Counted from the stretch's first letter, positions 1 through 14,568 are shown. The stretch is DNA of 64,000 bases from Eledone cirrhosa (GCA_964016885.1 OZ024743.1:274412001-274476000), one strand, 5' to 3'. A program made the numbers and translations. Notes: generated by a model from the letters alone, not told the origin.

Positions 1-791
1 AAGAGATACCCTCAACAGGAAATGTTGGACCTTGTAGGATTTATGCTCACCGGATACATATCTAAACTCTAAAATGGAGGTCTTTAGACATTGTTTGCAA
101 CAGAAGGCCCACATTTTATCCAACTGGAAGCTCACACTGCAAGATACCCTATCACAGGACCTGCTAAATCCCCCGAGATAATATTCCTTTCTGCTACCTA
201 TCCACGCAAAAAAACATTCGAAAACATCACATTCACACTAGATAAGTCTGTTGAATGTCACATTGCAGCCTAATGATTACACATGCAATCAACTTTTTAG
301 ATAATCAGAGCTTAAGTGTTGAGGAATTATTAGAGGAGGCTTAAATATTTTCAATATCTTGTCTTAATTATTTTAAGCGTTTGAAATATTGCTGACAAGC
401 CAGATTGCAAACAGCCAATTACAACCCCAAACGTTGCCTCACTTGATTCACCCAAAGTAAATACTTCGTCATCTCCTTTAGTAACGAACTCATTCAAGGG
501 GTTAAGGTTTTTAGATAATTAGCACGCAACTCGTATCACACGCATACTACACACAGATAAATTAAAGCCGAGAGTTCAAATACTCTGGAATTACCTCCTT
601 TATTTCCGAAATGAAACTCTCCTCTATCTAAAACTGAATATAGTCGGCTAAAGGAGATTCCTCTTTCATATATTTCTTCAACGCCTGGTGAAGGCCAGTT
701 TAGAAGAATCCCCTACACTAAACAGTGTTGGCCATAACTGGACCCCGAAGCCAAGTTTGTGCATACATTTTAAGTGAGTGGAAATTTGTTT

Positions 792-826
<35 letters not shown>

Positions 827-1231
827 ACCATTTAAAATTTAGTTTGCTGTGTTCTTGTATTAATAATATCTTAACTGTTTTCAAACTAACATCTATATGC
901 AAATTAATATTATCCATATGTGAAGCTACTTTTAAACAAGAGATCTAAATGGGTTTTGTTAGTTCTATATTCGCACAAAAGTGGTGAGAAGTTGGTTTCA
1001 ATCCACAATGAAACTATATTTTTTTAACATATTAGTAATGCTTTTAAAGGGTATTCAAATCTTTTAATTCCATGCTGAGTATGCTAGAAATTTTAAAATT
1101 CCATGCTGTTTACGACAGATTCGTATAATGGTTGCCAAAATAACTATAATAAGGAAATTAGGTGTGTATTGTCTGATATAAGAAATATTCAAATATATTG
1201 CTAGTAGGTAGTTTATTCAGCAACGCGATAG

Positions 1232-1328
<97 letters not shown>

Positions 1329-1339
1329 ATATAAATGTT

Positions 1340-1390
<51 letters not shown>

Positions 1391-1397
1391 ATATGTT

Positions 1398-1430
<33 letters not shown>

Positions 1431-1438
1431 ATATATAT

Positions 1439-1472
<34 letters not shown>

Positions 1473-1645
1473 CGTTTCTGAATTTGTTTAGCAAGATTCT
1501 TTATCTGAAATCGTGTGTTGAAACCGATATTGTTATACTTTGGGAGGGTCATGTTGCCAATATTGGCAACATGACCCTCCCAAAGTATAACAATATATAT
1601 ATATATTTATATATATATTTATATATATATATATATATATATATT

Positions 1646-1680
<35 letters not shown>

Positions 1681-1735
1681 GTATATATATATATATATAT
1701 ATATATTTATGTATATATATATATATATATATATA

Positions 1736-1786
<51 letters not shown>

Positions 1787-1789
<3 letters not shown>

Positions 1790-2456
1790 AATATCTTTAA
1801 GTCGTTTAGAAGCCTCGACAATGCAAATGGGTAAATCTCCGGGTAACAAGGTCCGGTGGTGGAGAGAGATGTAAGTGGGTGTACGTTGAGATGCGTGGTG
1901 TGTATAAGATGTGTGAGATGTGTAGAATGAAGGGAAGAGTATAAAGGATAAAATAAAAATAACAACACAAGAGAGAGTTACCTTGGGAGAGATTTAATAG
2001 TCCCTATATATTTCGGATTCACATCCATCAACTGGAGTTTTTTTTCCGGGGTGGGGGAAAAGGTTGTCTGTCGTTTGTCTGTCGGACAAGTCCGGAACGC
2101 GTCCTTCGCTGTTTGTTGTTTTGAATATTCAAAACAACAAAGAGCGAAGGACGCGTTCCGGACTTGTCCGACAGACAACCTTTTCCCCCACCCCGGAAAA
2201 AACCCCAGTTGATGGATGTGAATCCGAAATATATAGGGACTATTAAATCTCTCCCAAGGTAACTCTCTCTTGTGTTGTTATTTTTATTTTATCCTTTATA
2301 CTCTTCCCTTCATTCTTCACATCTCACACATCTTATACACACCACGCATCTCAACGTACACCCACTTACATCTCTCTCTCCACCACCGGACCTTGTTACC
2401 CGGAGATTTACCCATTTGCATTGTCGAGGCTTCCAAACGACTTAAAGATATTTACT
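1787..2456. repeat. ~670-bp fold-back palindrome between (TA)n tracts
   Basis: Arms are reverse-complementary about the centre GAATATTC (about 2123-2130). Mirror ORFs 1978..2178(-) and 2064..2246(+). Confidence 0.93.
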
Positions 2457-2496
2457 TATTGTTCCACAATGCTTCAAGCAAACTTCAATACTCTCT

Positions 2497-2609
<113 letters not shown>

Positions 2610-2812
2610 ATATATTTATATATACATATTTATATAACCTCATTATGTTTAGGAGTCTGCTACAACGCATGTTGGATCTTAAATATTAAGGCAAAAAAGA
2701 ATTGGTTGAAGAAACCGAGCGGTGAAGTTGAGTGGAGAATTAAAAAAATCGTAAAGGAAGAAAATAGAAAAGAATCAGAGATAATGCTACCGTGGGAATA
2801 TTTATTAGCCCC

Positions 2813-2935
<123 letters not shown>

Positions 2936-3604
2936 GAATGAAACGAAATTTCATTTCTCACTCTTAGTACGGCCCTTACTTAAATGTAAGTATGTATGCA
3001 TTTATACGTACATACATATATGTATACAGACGTACAGTAGTATGTATATATATATATACATACATGCACACATATATATATATGCACGTATCGTTTACCG
3101 AACATTTATTATAATGCTCGGTTTGTTTGTTTGTAAACAAACAAACAGCCCGAATTACGCCGTACAGTGTTTAGGCAACCACGTCACCTTTTTGTTCAAC
3201 ACTGACATAGGAACGATGTACTAGTTTCAAACTTATTAGCTATCGTCAGCATCATATACCTTCCTGCCAGATGGTTGAACGTCTGAAAGTATATACTTTC
3301 CTTATGCATATTAACGGCTGAGCAGCCTAATTTGCATATCGAGTGAGTTCAGTCGGCCGGGCGCACCGAAAACGATAAATGGAATAAAATGAAACGAAGT
3401 TTCATTTCTCACTCTTAGTACAGCACTTACTTAAATTTAAGTATGTATGTAATATTCGGGCTGTTTGTTTGTTTACAAACAAACAAACCGAGCATTATAA
3501 TAAATGTTTGGTAAACCGATACCTGCATATATATATATATGTGTGTGCATGTATCTATATATATACATACTACTGCACGTCTGTATACATATATGTATGT
3601 ACGT

Positions 3605-3664
<60 letters not shown>

Positions 3665-4223
3665 GGAAATTAGTAAAATCGAATCTCTGGCGATTTGCAA
3701 GTAAATTCGGCCTACTTATATGAAATGATGAGTTAGCAAAGCACTCGATAAGTTAGGGCCTTAGAGTAATAACATACGTTTAAATAGCTTGACAAATCGA
3801 ACATTGTGGTAGGCGAATCTAACACACAATATATACCAAAGTAACGATAAAACTAACAGGTTGAGAAAAATACACCTGGACAAAGCAAAAGATCAATCGT
3901 TTAAAATGTTTCTTTGAATCCGAAATCAAATATCAGACTTACGTGACTGGCAAGCTATATATATATTATATTAGTGGAACCGTGCAATCAATAACGTATT
4001 TAATCTTGGGCACCTATTAGTATGTTATATACACCAGGATAATCGGAGGGATGAATAATCACAAAAACTAGGAAATCTAATTTTTGATAAGAGAAAACCT
4101 ATAGTTTATTTTTATTGCTAACATGCAGAAGTTATTAAAGATGAGAATGATATTTTCATAATTCATTTACTCCCGTATAATTACTTAAATGTTCATCGCC
4201 TGTGAACTCAATTCATTTGCACC

Positions 4224-4256
<33 letters not shown>

Positions 4257-4594
4257 CGTAACGTCCAGTTACGGTAGGGTAGGTTCACCAGATTGAGCAC
4301 TCGATGCATAGTAGGCATATTGATGTTGTACTAAGCAGAGTGTGGTAATAATAATAATAATAAGAAGAAGAAGAAGAAGAAGAATAAAGACGCGGTATTA
4401 GATAAATGTGTTGAAGATCTAACACCACCTACTTAATATTATAGCAACATGAATGGAGGTGTTATTTTTCTCTAAAAATATTTGAATGAAGGACTAGCGT
4501 CCGAAAGGTTAAGATCCACTTCTTCTATTTCAAGCGTTAAACTAATATATTCCATCCATGTAGTGTACCGATTATGTTGTTATTTCTGTTTATC

Positions 4595-4680
<86 letters not shown>

Positions 4681-4681
<1 letters not shown>

Positions 4682-4982
4682 ACCCCCTTCGGTCATGAAT
4701 GACCAAGGGATTTGCAGCTAGAAAGTTTCCCTCCGAGGCACAAGTCCGGGCAAGGTTGTTTGTGGAAGACCAGCAGTCGCCCATGCATACCACCCTCCCT
4801 CTCCACGAGGATGTCCAAGGGAAAGGCTATGGCCGATAGAGCTTGGCACCTCAGTTCTTCAGCTGAGTAAACTTGAGCAACGTGAAATAAAGTATCTTTC
4901 TTAAGGACACAACGCATCGAGAATCGAACTCACAACCTTTCGATTGTAAGCCCAATGCTCTAACCACTAAGCCATGCTCCTT
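4681..4982 (-). mobile_element. Second tRNA-derived SINE family (related decayed copies about 41210-41558 and 56180-56470)
   Basis: Minus-strand head GCATGGCTTAGTGGTTAGAGC...GAGTTCGATTC then GTTGTGTCCTTAAGAAAGATACTTTATTTCAC. Confidence 0.8.
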
Positions 4983-5392
4983 TATACATACTAGCAGAAA
5001 AACCACCCTCGGGTGGTTTTCTGCTAGCATGTGTAGTGTGTATATTGATATTATACGCAGGTATATATGCATGTAGATATGATACATCAAATAAAATCGT
5101 AATTGACAATATATAATACATAGAAATTGAACGAAGACTGCGTTACACTGTCTTATGTAATCAGTAACGTAATCCATTATACATAAAAAAGACGATATTA
5201 TATATAAACTGCATTAGGAGAAAATTAGTGTCAGAAAATTAGTATGTTTATTTAAGCGATGGCCAACGGGAAGTGTTGGCATTTCAGAAATTTTAAAGAA
5301 GTGAATCTTTAAATACATAAAATATATTTAATCAACAGCCACGAAATGTAGTAGATAAATTATGTAATATTTATTCATTATTTATTCAAAGT

Positions 5393-5578
5393 GGCGGTGG
5401 ATTGGCAGTATCGGTAGAGGGTCGGACGCCATGCTTTGACGCATAGAGTTACGGCCCTTGCCATTCTGAGTTCAAATCCCGCCGAGGTTAACTTTGCCTT
5501 TCATCCTTATGGGGTCGATAAAATAAAGTACCAGTAATACACTGGGTAGTTGCTGGCCTTGTGCCAAAAGAAGAAACA
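5393..5578 (+). mobile_element. tRNA-derived SINE with Nin/Deu-like core, 16-bp TSD
   Basis: A box TGGCAGTATCGG, B box GAGTTCAAATCC, core GCCTTTCATCCTTATGGGGTCGATAAAATAAAGTACC. TSD ATTATTTATTCAAAGT at 5377-5392 and 5579-5594. Confidence 0.9.
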
Positions 5579-5731
5579 ATTATTTATTCAAAGTAATCCA
5601 ACTTATTTTACTAATGGGATAACAAATTATAAACCGTACGTAGTCCTGCGCTCCTTAATTTATTATAGTTTTGATATGGCGTATTATTATGGTTGATTAT
5701 ATTATATTATATTATATTTTTCTCGTTGCAG

Positions 5732-5947
5732 TTATGTATTACCATAAACAACATCGAACATGTCCGAATAACACTGAAACCTATTGCCCAGACGATGAGA
5801 TTTGCCACTCTGGAGCAGGACCTAGAGTATGCCGATCCGAAACGAAGGAGAAAACTGGAGAAAATTAATTTGTTTACATTAGTCAACAAATCAGATCAGC
5901 TGATGATAAATAAGATTAAACGAGTCCTTGACCGTGTGGCAGACAGG
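5732..5947 (+). CDS. BAIAP3: Internal coding exon A of BAIAP3/Munc13-4-like gene (MUN domain; LCITINNIEHVR...KIKRVLDRVADR)
   Basis: Acceptor tttttctcgttgcag|TTA, donor AGG|gtatgt, 216 nt, phase 0/0. LCxxINNIExVR is typical of Munc13-family MUN domains. The symbol is by recognition; orthology versus UNC13D was not tested. Confidence 0.88.
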
Positions 5948-6266
5948 GTATGTATATTATCCTTAACTCCCTCGTATAAATTATTATTATTAATTCGAGC
6001 GCACCAGCTTTTACTCTGTATACAAATAAGCATTATCAGCCGCTGTTCGTAGGTAAAAAAAACTATAAACTTCCAGCTTATTTTGTCTCAGCAGCAAAGA
6101 AGTAAGCTTTTCTGAAAATGGGAAAAAATCCAGAAACGGTACTCTTCCTTTGTTGCTACGAATAGCAATGACATGATTACAGCTAATTAACAATTGATAT
6201 CGAGAATAAAAGGATTTTTATTATACATAAACATCTCGTATACGCTCCAATAAACCCTTGTTACGC

Positions 6267-6323
<57 letters not shown>

Positions 6324-6624
6324 ACCCTTTGAACTATTAATGCATTCCCTTTCTTAGTATAGTCTATGTAGCTAAATATTCCACAAATGCTGGTACTCTT
6401 ACTCTAATAATTATACAGAATTACATTGTCACAGATTGTAGCATGGCTGGCTCTTTACACTCAGCTACATCTTGTATAATGTTGTAAACCTTATATTGTA
6501 CACTTAACATAATTCTCATTAACTCAGTGTGACATGTAAAGTAGAGGCTTAAAGTCAGGACTTAAGAATTGCGAAGCAAATTTCTTAAACATTCATCCAT
6601 ACCTACTTCCTATGAATATTTGTA

Positions 6625-6819
6625 CTGGGTCGGGTGAAAAGTTCATAGCCTGACCAATAAACTCTCATGGAATAACCAAATGTGGTTTATTTTTCAACAT
6701 AGTCCCTGGAAAAAACATTGGAGTAATTAATAAGAAGACTTGAAATTAATGCATGCAAGATTTCATAGCTCTAGCGTCAATCTTTCATAGTCAGCTTATG
6801 CATTTTTAACCGACGCTCG
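6625..6819. mobile_element. Mariner-derived MITE / internal deletion derivative of the 28201-29219 family
   Basis: Termini AAAAGTTCATAGCCTGAC...GTCAGCTTATGCATTTT with TA flanks. Confidence 0.75.
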
Positions 6820-7098
6820 TACATTTTAGAGAGAGTAGCGAATCATATTCTACTATATGATAGCTATTACGTTGTTTGCTTAATTTTACTGAAGGACATA
6901 TTGTGTTAGTTTTTCACAAACAAGCTTAATAAATCATTTTCAACATATATCACGCTGATTTGTTAAGAGCGATTTCCTTTTAGTGACTAAACATTTCTTC
7001 ATATGTATGCGTGTATGTATGAATGTGTGTGTATGTATGTGTATTTACATCTGTTTCTATGTATACTTATGCATATATATCTATGCGCGTGCGTGTGT

Positions 7099-7234
<136 letters not shown>

Positions 7235-8036
7235 TGTGTATGTGTGTGTAAATAATAGATGGTATTTGAGTAACAATCATTTATTAGGCTCAGGAAGTTA
7301 TCATAGTATAGTGCCTCATAGATTATTATATGTAAGGAGGCACAAATATAAGAAAAAGGGGTCACAGCGAGAATTTCCGCAATAAACATTTTCGCTTTGA
7401 TTTATTGATAAAGATTAATTATTGTGGTGTTTATATCTATGTCTATGTCTATGATTAATTACATGGTGCCCATAGGATTTTCTGCTGTCCCAAACATAGT
7501 TTAATGTGTTTGCGTAAGTTTGTGTGTAAATATACAGTAACATATATATTCATATATACATATATGTGTGTGTGTGTGTGTGGTTCATTATTAATTATAT
7601 GATATATAACGATATACTAATAATATTTATATGGTAATAAAGATACGATATATCTTATTCTATGTTGTGTCCCTGAGGTCATCGAGAATGAAAATCTGCC
7701 AATTTCTGCGTCAAGGTTTTTCATGTGCTATATATATATATATATATTACTTATTTATATATCTGAAAAAATTCAGGACTCCAACGGCTAAGCTCTCGCC
7801 TTTTTAACAGCTGAATCCGAACGAATAGCTGTTGAAGCGGCCAAAGCTCAGCCGTCGGGGTCGTGAATTTTTTCATATTACCCACTCTATTACCCCAAAT
7901 ATCGACTACTCTGGTGGGTAACGGTCTAACTGGTTTTTACCAGCTCTAATTTGATATACATATATATATATGTATATATGTTGATTTAAAACTGCACTAT
8001 CCACAAGTGTTTTTTAGCCTTCATATCATGTTCTCC

Positions 8037-8107
8037 TGTTTTATCTGATGAAAACACAAATATTATTGCATGATGATGTTTGTTTTTGAAATGCGCATAA
8101 TAAAATA
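8037..8107 (+). ncRNA. Minimal PLE-type hammerhead (inverted, GAAA->CAAA copy at about 9229-9298)
   Basis: TTTTAT-CTGATGA-AAACACAAATATTATT...GATGATGTTTGTTTTT-GAAA-TGCGCA-TA-ATAAAA, with palindrome ATGCGCAT. Confidence 0.72.
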
Positions 8108-8260
8108 CATGGAACTCCTTTAACCATCTTTTGATCTTATATTATGCATACTCCAGTCTTACAAACTGTAGAGTGCTTCTTATCCGATATCTGCATTGCT
8201 TTATTGTACTACAATAAAACTCACCTCCTACATATATGTATATATATGTATATGTATATA

Positions 8261-8922
8261 TCATCATCATCATCATCTACATTTTACGTCCGTCCTCCAC
8301 GCTAGCTTGGGTTAGATGGGTTGTCATGTTGTGGACAGTCTCCGGTCGGATGACCTTGTCTTGCTCATACGGGAACTGATTCTAGCTTGATTTCTACAGC
8401 TGGATGCCCTTCCTAACACCAACCTCATTTACAGTGAGGGCTGGGTGCTTTTTTCCGTGGTGCCTCCACGACAACTTTGCAGTGGGAGGGTGTGGGGCAT
8501 ATTGTCTATATGTTTCAGCTTCAGCTTGTACCCTCGGGGGTCGGGTCTTCTGTATTACTGCGTGGCGCAGGAGGTCACGGTCGTGTGTCATCGCCTTTGA
8601 GAGGTGTAATTGGGTAAGGTCGGCTTTTATCACCTCATCCCAGGTCTTCTTGGGTCTCCCTACTCTGCGGTTTCCATCGACTTCTACTGCTCTGCACCTT
8701 TTTATGCAGCTGTCATCCTTCATACGCATCACATGTCCATACCAACGCATCCGCCTCTCCTGCACACAGCATTTGATTCCTGTTATGCTCAGTCTCTCTC
8801 TCAATTCATTTACGCTTTGCCGTTCGCGTATATTATAAATTATACATCCATCGGAGCATGCAGGCTTCGTTTCTTTCTAATCTACGCAAGTCTTCCACAG
8901 ACAGCGCCCAGGTCTCACTATC
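8261..8922 (-). mobile_element. 5'-truncated RTE-type LINE 3' end
   Basis: [12 protein letters not shown]...GRPKKTW C-terminal motif and (TGA)n tail at 8261-8277. Confidence 0.82.
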
Positions 8923-8925
8923 ATG

Positions 8926-9116
<191 letters not shown>

Positions 9117-9360
9117 GTATATATATGTATATTTATATATATATATATGTGTATATATATATATTTATATATATGTATATATATATATATATAATATAAG
9201 ATCGAAAGATGGTTAAAAGTGTTCCATGTATTTTATTATGCGCATTTGAAAAACAAATATCATCATGGGATGATATTTGACTTCTCATCAGATAAAATAG
9301 GGAGACATGATATGAAGCTTAAAAAACACTTGCGAGCAGTGAAGTGTTAAATCAACATAT

Positions 9361-12300
9361 GAAAAATAAGATAAGATGCATATATATATGATTGGGGGAA
9401 AAAGAAGGAAGGGGGAAGGAAAAGGTAAGGAAGAGGAAGAAAGAAAATAATTAGAAAAAAATATATAATAATAGGGAAAGGATGACGGAGGAGGAGTATA
9501 AGAAGGAAGGATGAGAGAGGAGGAGAAATGAGTGAGAGAGAGATAGCTAACCTTTAACTCTGTCTCACAGAGAGAAATTTAAAAAAATACCGTTGTAAGA
9601 TAATACATAATTTTAAAAAATTTTGAAATTAAAAGTTAATGAGGTTTATGAATGGTGATGTTTATGATTAAAGAAAAGGGAATTAAGAATAGCATTTATT
9701 TAAGGTTTATATATTGAAGGGTTTAATAATATGTGCGAAAAGGAATTTATTAAAATGTATTATTAAAATAAAAAAAATATTAAGGAGATAAGGTGAATGA
9801 AGAAAAGGTTAAATGAATTATGAACTAAGAGGAATTAGTTAGGGTCCAAGTTTGTTTCTAATAGGAAAAAGTAAATAATAGGTTTAATTGGAGCACAGAA
9901 GGAGAGAAGAAAGGAGAAAATTCAAGGGAGAAAAAATATATAACGTCAAAAAAAATATATGTTTACAAAATTTACTAATGGTAATATTAGTATATATTAA
10001 AAATAAAATGTGTATGGCCAAGAATATAAAGAATATGCTATAGTGAGTTATAATATGAATTAAGAAGTAATTGAGAAGTAAAAGTTGCAGATTAAGATTA
10101 GAAATTAAAAAAGAAAAAAGGATAAAAAAGAAGAAAAATAGGGACCGCTAACGACATAGAATGAAAAAATTGTATAATATAATATACTGAAATAAGGTAT
10201 AAAGATGGGTATATTTGTAAACGATATAAAAGCGTTTGAGAAAGGAAGATTTTAAACTAATTAGGTAGTAAAATATTAGCTGTATACTTTATGGAAAGGT
10301 TTATGGGATTTATGCAAGCAGAGCGAAAATAAATCGGTACGTCTATTTATTATAGAATTAAAATCAGAGATAATGGTAAATTTCTCGGCTAGGCAGAGAT
10401 TACATGTTCTGGATAGGGAAGAATTCTGGTAAGGAGAGGCGTTGTAAACCTTCCTCCAAGAAATGTTGTAGTTAATATTTTTGTCCTTTAAGGACCATAT
10501 GAGTTCTGAGAGTGCCGTGTTAGTTCTTTTAAGTTGGTATTTAAAAGACGAATTGTGATTATAAAATCGTGCTTTAAAGGAAGTGGAAGTGGAACCCAAA
10601 TAGGTAAAAGAATTAGTACCAGCTATAACCTTACATTCATACACTAAATTTTTATCAAGACATTGTTTACTAAGAGGACATTTAGTTCTAACAGGGCAAT
10701 TACAATTACGATTCGAGAAATTACCAGAGTTATTAACAAGTGACCTAGTATTATTTAGAGAAGGAATTGGATTGGAGAAGTTATTTACGATAGGTGCTAA
10801 AGTTTCCTAATTTAGATTGGTGTTATGAACATTCGACAAAGTTACGTTTGACGTCGTATTTAAATTTACGGAATCTAGCCTAGAGTTGACATTGCCGTCG
10901 GGTTTACTATTGCTATTATTATGACGCCCAGTGTTGGATGGATATAATTTATTATTTAATATTTTATTATTATGTTTAGAGATAATGTTAGAGATGTTGG
11001 AAGTGGTGGAATAAGAGAATTTGATTGTATGTTTGTTAAAGATCTTACTATAGATATGCGAGGGGGGGGGGAGCATTTGTCTAAGGCCCTAAAAATAGTT
11101 TAGGAATATTATTAGTAATAGATAGAGAAAAAGGAGCGTTGTACCAAATCATATTTTTGTATCTAGGTCTTTTCTTTAAGTTATTGGAATGTTCATAACT
11201 AACTATTTTACTATGTCTCTCAATGATTGGTTTCTTTACTGTGTTTAATTTTGTCAGGATAACCGGCTTTGGAAAACGCATTATTACAATAATTGGCTTT
11301 AGCGTCGAAGATAACTTTATTAGAGGGTAGATTTGAGATTCGTTTTTCAACATTACTGACTATAGAATTTTTAACAGTAATGGGGTGGTTAGATTTAAAA
11401 TTAACATAATTTAGATTATCATTGTCTTTATAGGCCGGTGTCAAGATTAAGGGATATATCCAGGAAGTTAGCTAGTTTGACGTTGTTTTCAAATTCAATT
11501 TTTAGGTTATGGTGCTTAAATAGATCAAGTATATTATTCTTAATAATAATGAGGTTAACTAAGTTACAGTAAAAAGGGCATCGTCACGATAAATTCCACC
11601 GCGAAGTCGAGGAATTTTCCGATTTAAAGAATTCAAAATAAAGATACCAATCAAGTCCGTCAATTGCGCTGAATCCGACGAACCCATTGTGATATCAAAA
11701 TTGTTGGAAGTATCAGCTCTAGTCCAATATTCGTTGTTGAATTCCAGGATAGTTTTTCTTGCGGTGAGAATGATGTAAAGTTCATCTGTGGTAATGTCAG
11801 AATATTTAAATGCGAAAGATAGAGCGTTGTTGAGGAGTGAAGCAAAATAGAAGAATAGTAACTGGCAATGTCAAAGTGAATACATTTTTGTTTGCTTTTA
11901 TTATTCAGTTAGAAATAGAGCAATTAGAACGAACCTGTGGGATAATTATATCCAAGATGGATTTACTAACAACCCCCAGATCTGATTTAGTGGGGGCGAT
12001 TAGTCTAACAGGCAATTCCGTTCAAAAGTTACTTTTGTGATCCTTAATATTTATCCTCGGAGTTCTTGGGAAGAATGGTTCGGTCTTTTTCTCGATGCCG
12101 AGTTTAGACATAATCTCAGAAGCTTCCAAGTTTATAGATTCCAGATTCTCATAATTCTCGATAATTCTTCCTTAGTTCCTTAAGGATAAGGTTATTATAT
12201 TTATCTTTAGATACACCATATAAATTATTAGTTTTGTCGGAATGGACTAAGACTTTTTTAGAGCAATTAACGTCCGAAATCGTATTCTTGAGTTTATAAG

Positions 12301-12518
12301 GTGCTCCTGTCTTCTATAGGGTTTCTCTTGAATTTAAGTCCTCTTATAATATTAGTTAATTCTTCCTCAAAGTGTGCTAGATTTTTATTGAAAGGAGGAT
12401 TTCTTCTAGAGTTAAATAAATGATCAATATTGTTACGTTCCTTAGTATAAAAATTTCCTTTTAAGCGCTGGTCGTGGAAAAAGGCGATCCATCTAAAGCT
12501 TCTCACGAAAGAGAACTG
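9361..12518 (-). mobile_element. Penelope-like retroelement (RT + C-terminal GIY-YIG), frameshifted pseudogene, Hydra-clade-like
   Basis: Minus-strand fragments FDIASYYSSI, FDITMGSSDSAQLTDLIG, GGIYRDDA, YVNFKSNHP, IWYNAPFS, CNCPVRTKCPLSKQC, VYECKV...YLGST...RFYNH, CNLCLAEK...CLH. Many frameshifts. Confidence 0.9.
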
Positions 12519-12554
12519 ATTCTTTCGTGAGAAGGCTTAGATGAATCGCTTTTT

Positions 12555-13845
12555 TTAGTGTATGAATGTAAGGTTATAACTGGTACTAATTCTTTTACCT
12601 ATTTTGTTTCCACTTCCACTTCCTTTAAAGTAAGATTTTATAATCACAATTCGTCTTTTAAATACCAACTTAAAAGAACTAACACGGCACTCTCAGAACT
12701 CATATGGTCTTTAAAGGACAAAAATATTAGCTACAATATTTCTTGGGGGAAGGTTTGCAACGCCTCTCCTTACCAGAATTCTTCCCTATCCAGAACATGT
12801 AATCTCTGCCTAGCCGAGAAATTTACCATTATCGCTAATTTTAATTCTACAATAAATAGACGTACCGATTTATTTTCGCTCTGCTTGCATAAATCCCATA
12901 GAACTTTCCATAAAGTATACAGCTAATATCTTACTACCTAATTAGTTTAAAATCTTCCTTTCTCAAACGCTTTTATATCGTTTACAAATATACCCATCTT
13001 TATACCTTATTTCAGTATATTATATTACACAATTTATTCATTCTATGTCATTAGCGGTCCCCTTTTTTCTTCTTTTTTATCCTTTTTTCTTTTTTAATCT
13101 CTAATCTTAAATCTGCAACTTTTACTTCTCAATTACTTCTTAATTCATATTATAACTAAGTATAGCATTTTCCTTATATTATTGGCCATACAAATTTTAT
13201 TTTTAATATATACTAATATTATCCTTAGTAAATGTTGTAAACATATATTTTTTTTTACGTTATATATTTTTTCTTCCTTGAATTTTCTCCTTTCTTCTCT
13301 CTTTCCGTGCTCGAATTAAACCTATTATTTACTTTTTCCTATTACAATACATAGAAACAAACTTGGACCCTAACTAATTCCTCTAACTTCATAATTCTTT
13401 TAACCTTTTCTTCATTCACCTTATCTCCTTAATATTTTTTTATTTTAATAATACATTTTAATAAATTCCTTTTCGCACATATTAAACCCTTCGATATATA
13501 AACCTTAAATAAATACTATTCTTAATTCCTTTTTCTTTAATCATAAACATCACCATTCATAAACCTCATTAACTTTAAAATTATGTATTATCTTAAAACG
13601 GTTTTTTTTTTATTTCTCTCTGTGAGACAGAGTTTCTCGGTATTAAAGGTTATCTATCTCTCTCTCTCACTCATTTCTCCTCCTCTCTCATCCTTCCTCA
13701 TTATACTCCTCCTCCCTCATCCTTACCTTATTATTTTTTTTTTTATTATTATTATTTTCTTTCTTCCTCTAACTTACCTTTTCCTTCCCCCTTCCTTCTT
13801 TTTTCCCAATCTCATATATCCATCTTATGTTATTATATACTTAGT
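12555..13845 (+). mobile_element. Inverted duplicate (pseudo-LTR) of the endonuclease and 3' region of the adjacent PLE
   Basis: ORF 12558..12926 is nearly identical to ORF 10276..10644 on the opposite strand. Similarity continues to about 13840 versus about 9365. Confidence 0.92.
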
Positions 13846-13973
13846 GTAGTAGAGTGGGTAATAGGAAAAAGTATGACCCCGACGGCAGAGCTCAAGCCGT
13901 TTCGACGGCTATTTCTGGAGTCCAGAAATAGCCGTCGAAACGGCTTCAGCTCTTCCGTCTGGGTTATACTTTT

Positions 13974-14106
<133 letters not shown>

Positions 14107-14160
14107 AAAACAAATAACGAAACGAAATTAAATTTCGTTTCATTTTTTAACTTAATTGTT

Positions 14161-14206
<46 letters not shown>

Positions 14207-14258
14207 TATATGTATACATATATATATATATATATATACATATATATATACACATATG

Positions 14259-14298
<40 letters not shown>

Positions 14299-14349
14299 TA
14301 TATGTATACATATATATATATATATATATACATATATATATACACATAT

Positions 14350-14476
<127 letters not shown>

Positions 14477-14531
14477 TATATGTATACATATATATATATA
14501 TACATATATATATATACATATATATATATAC

Positions 14532-14568
<37 letters not shown>

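Noticed and set aside
5393-5485. tRNA gene
   Set aside because: The A/B boxes belong to a multi-copy SINE head with TSD, and there is no cloverleaf.
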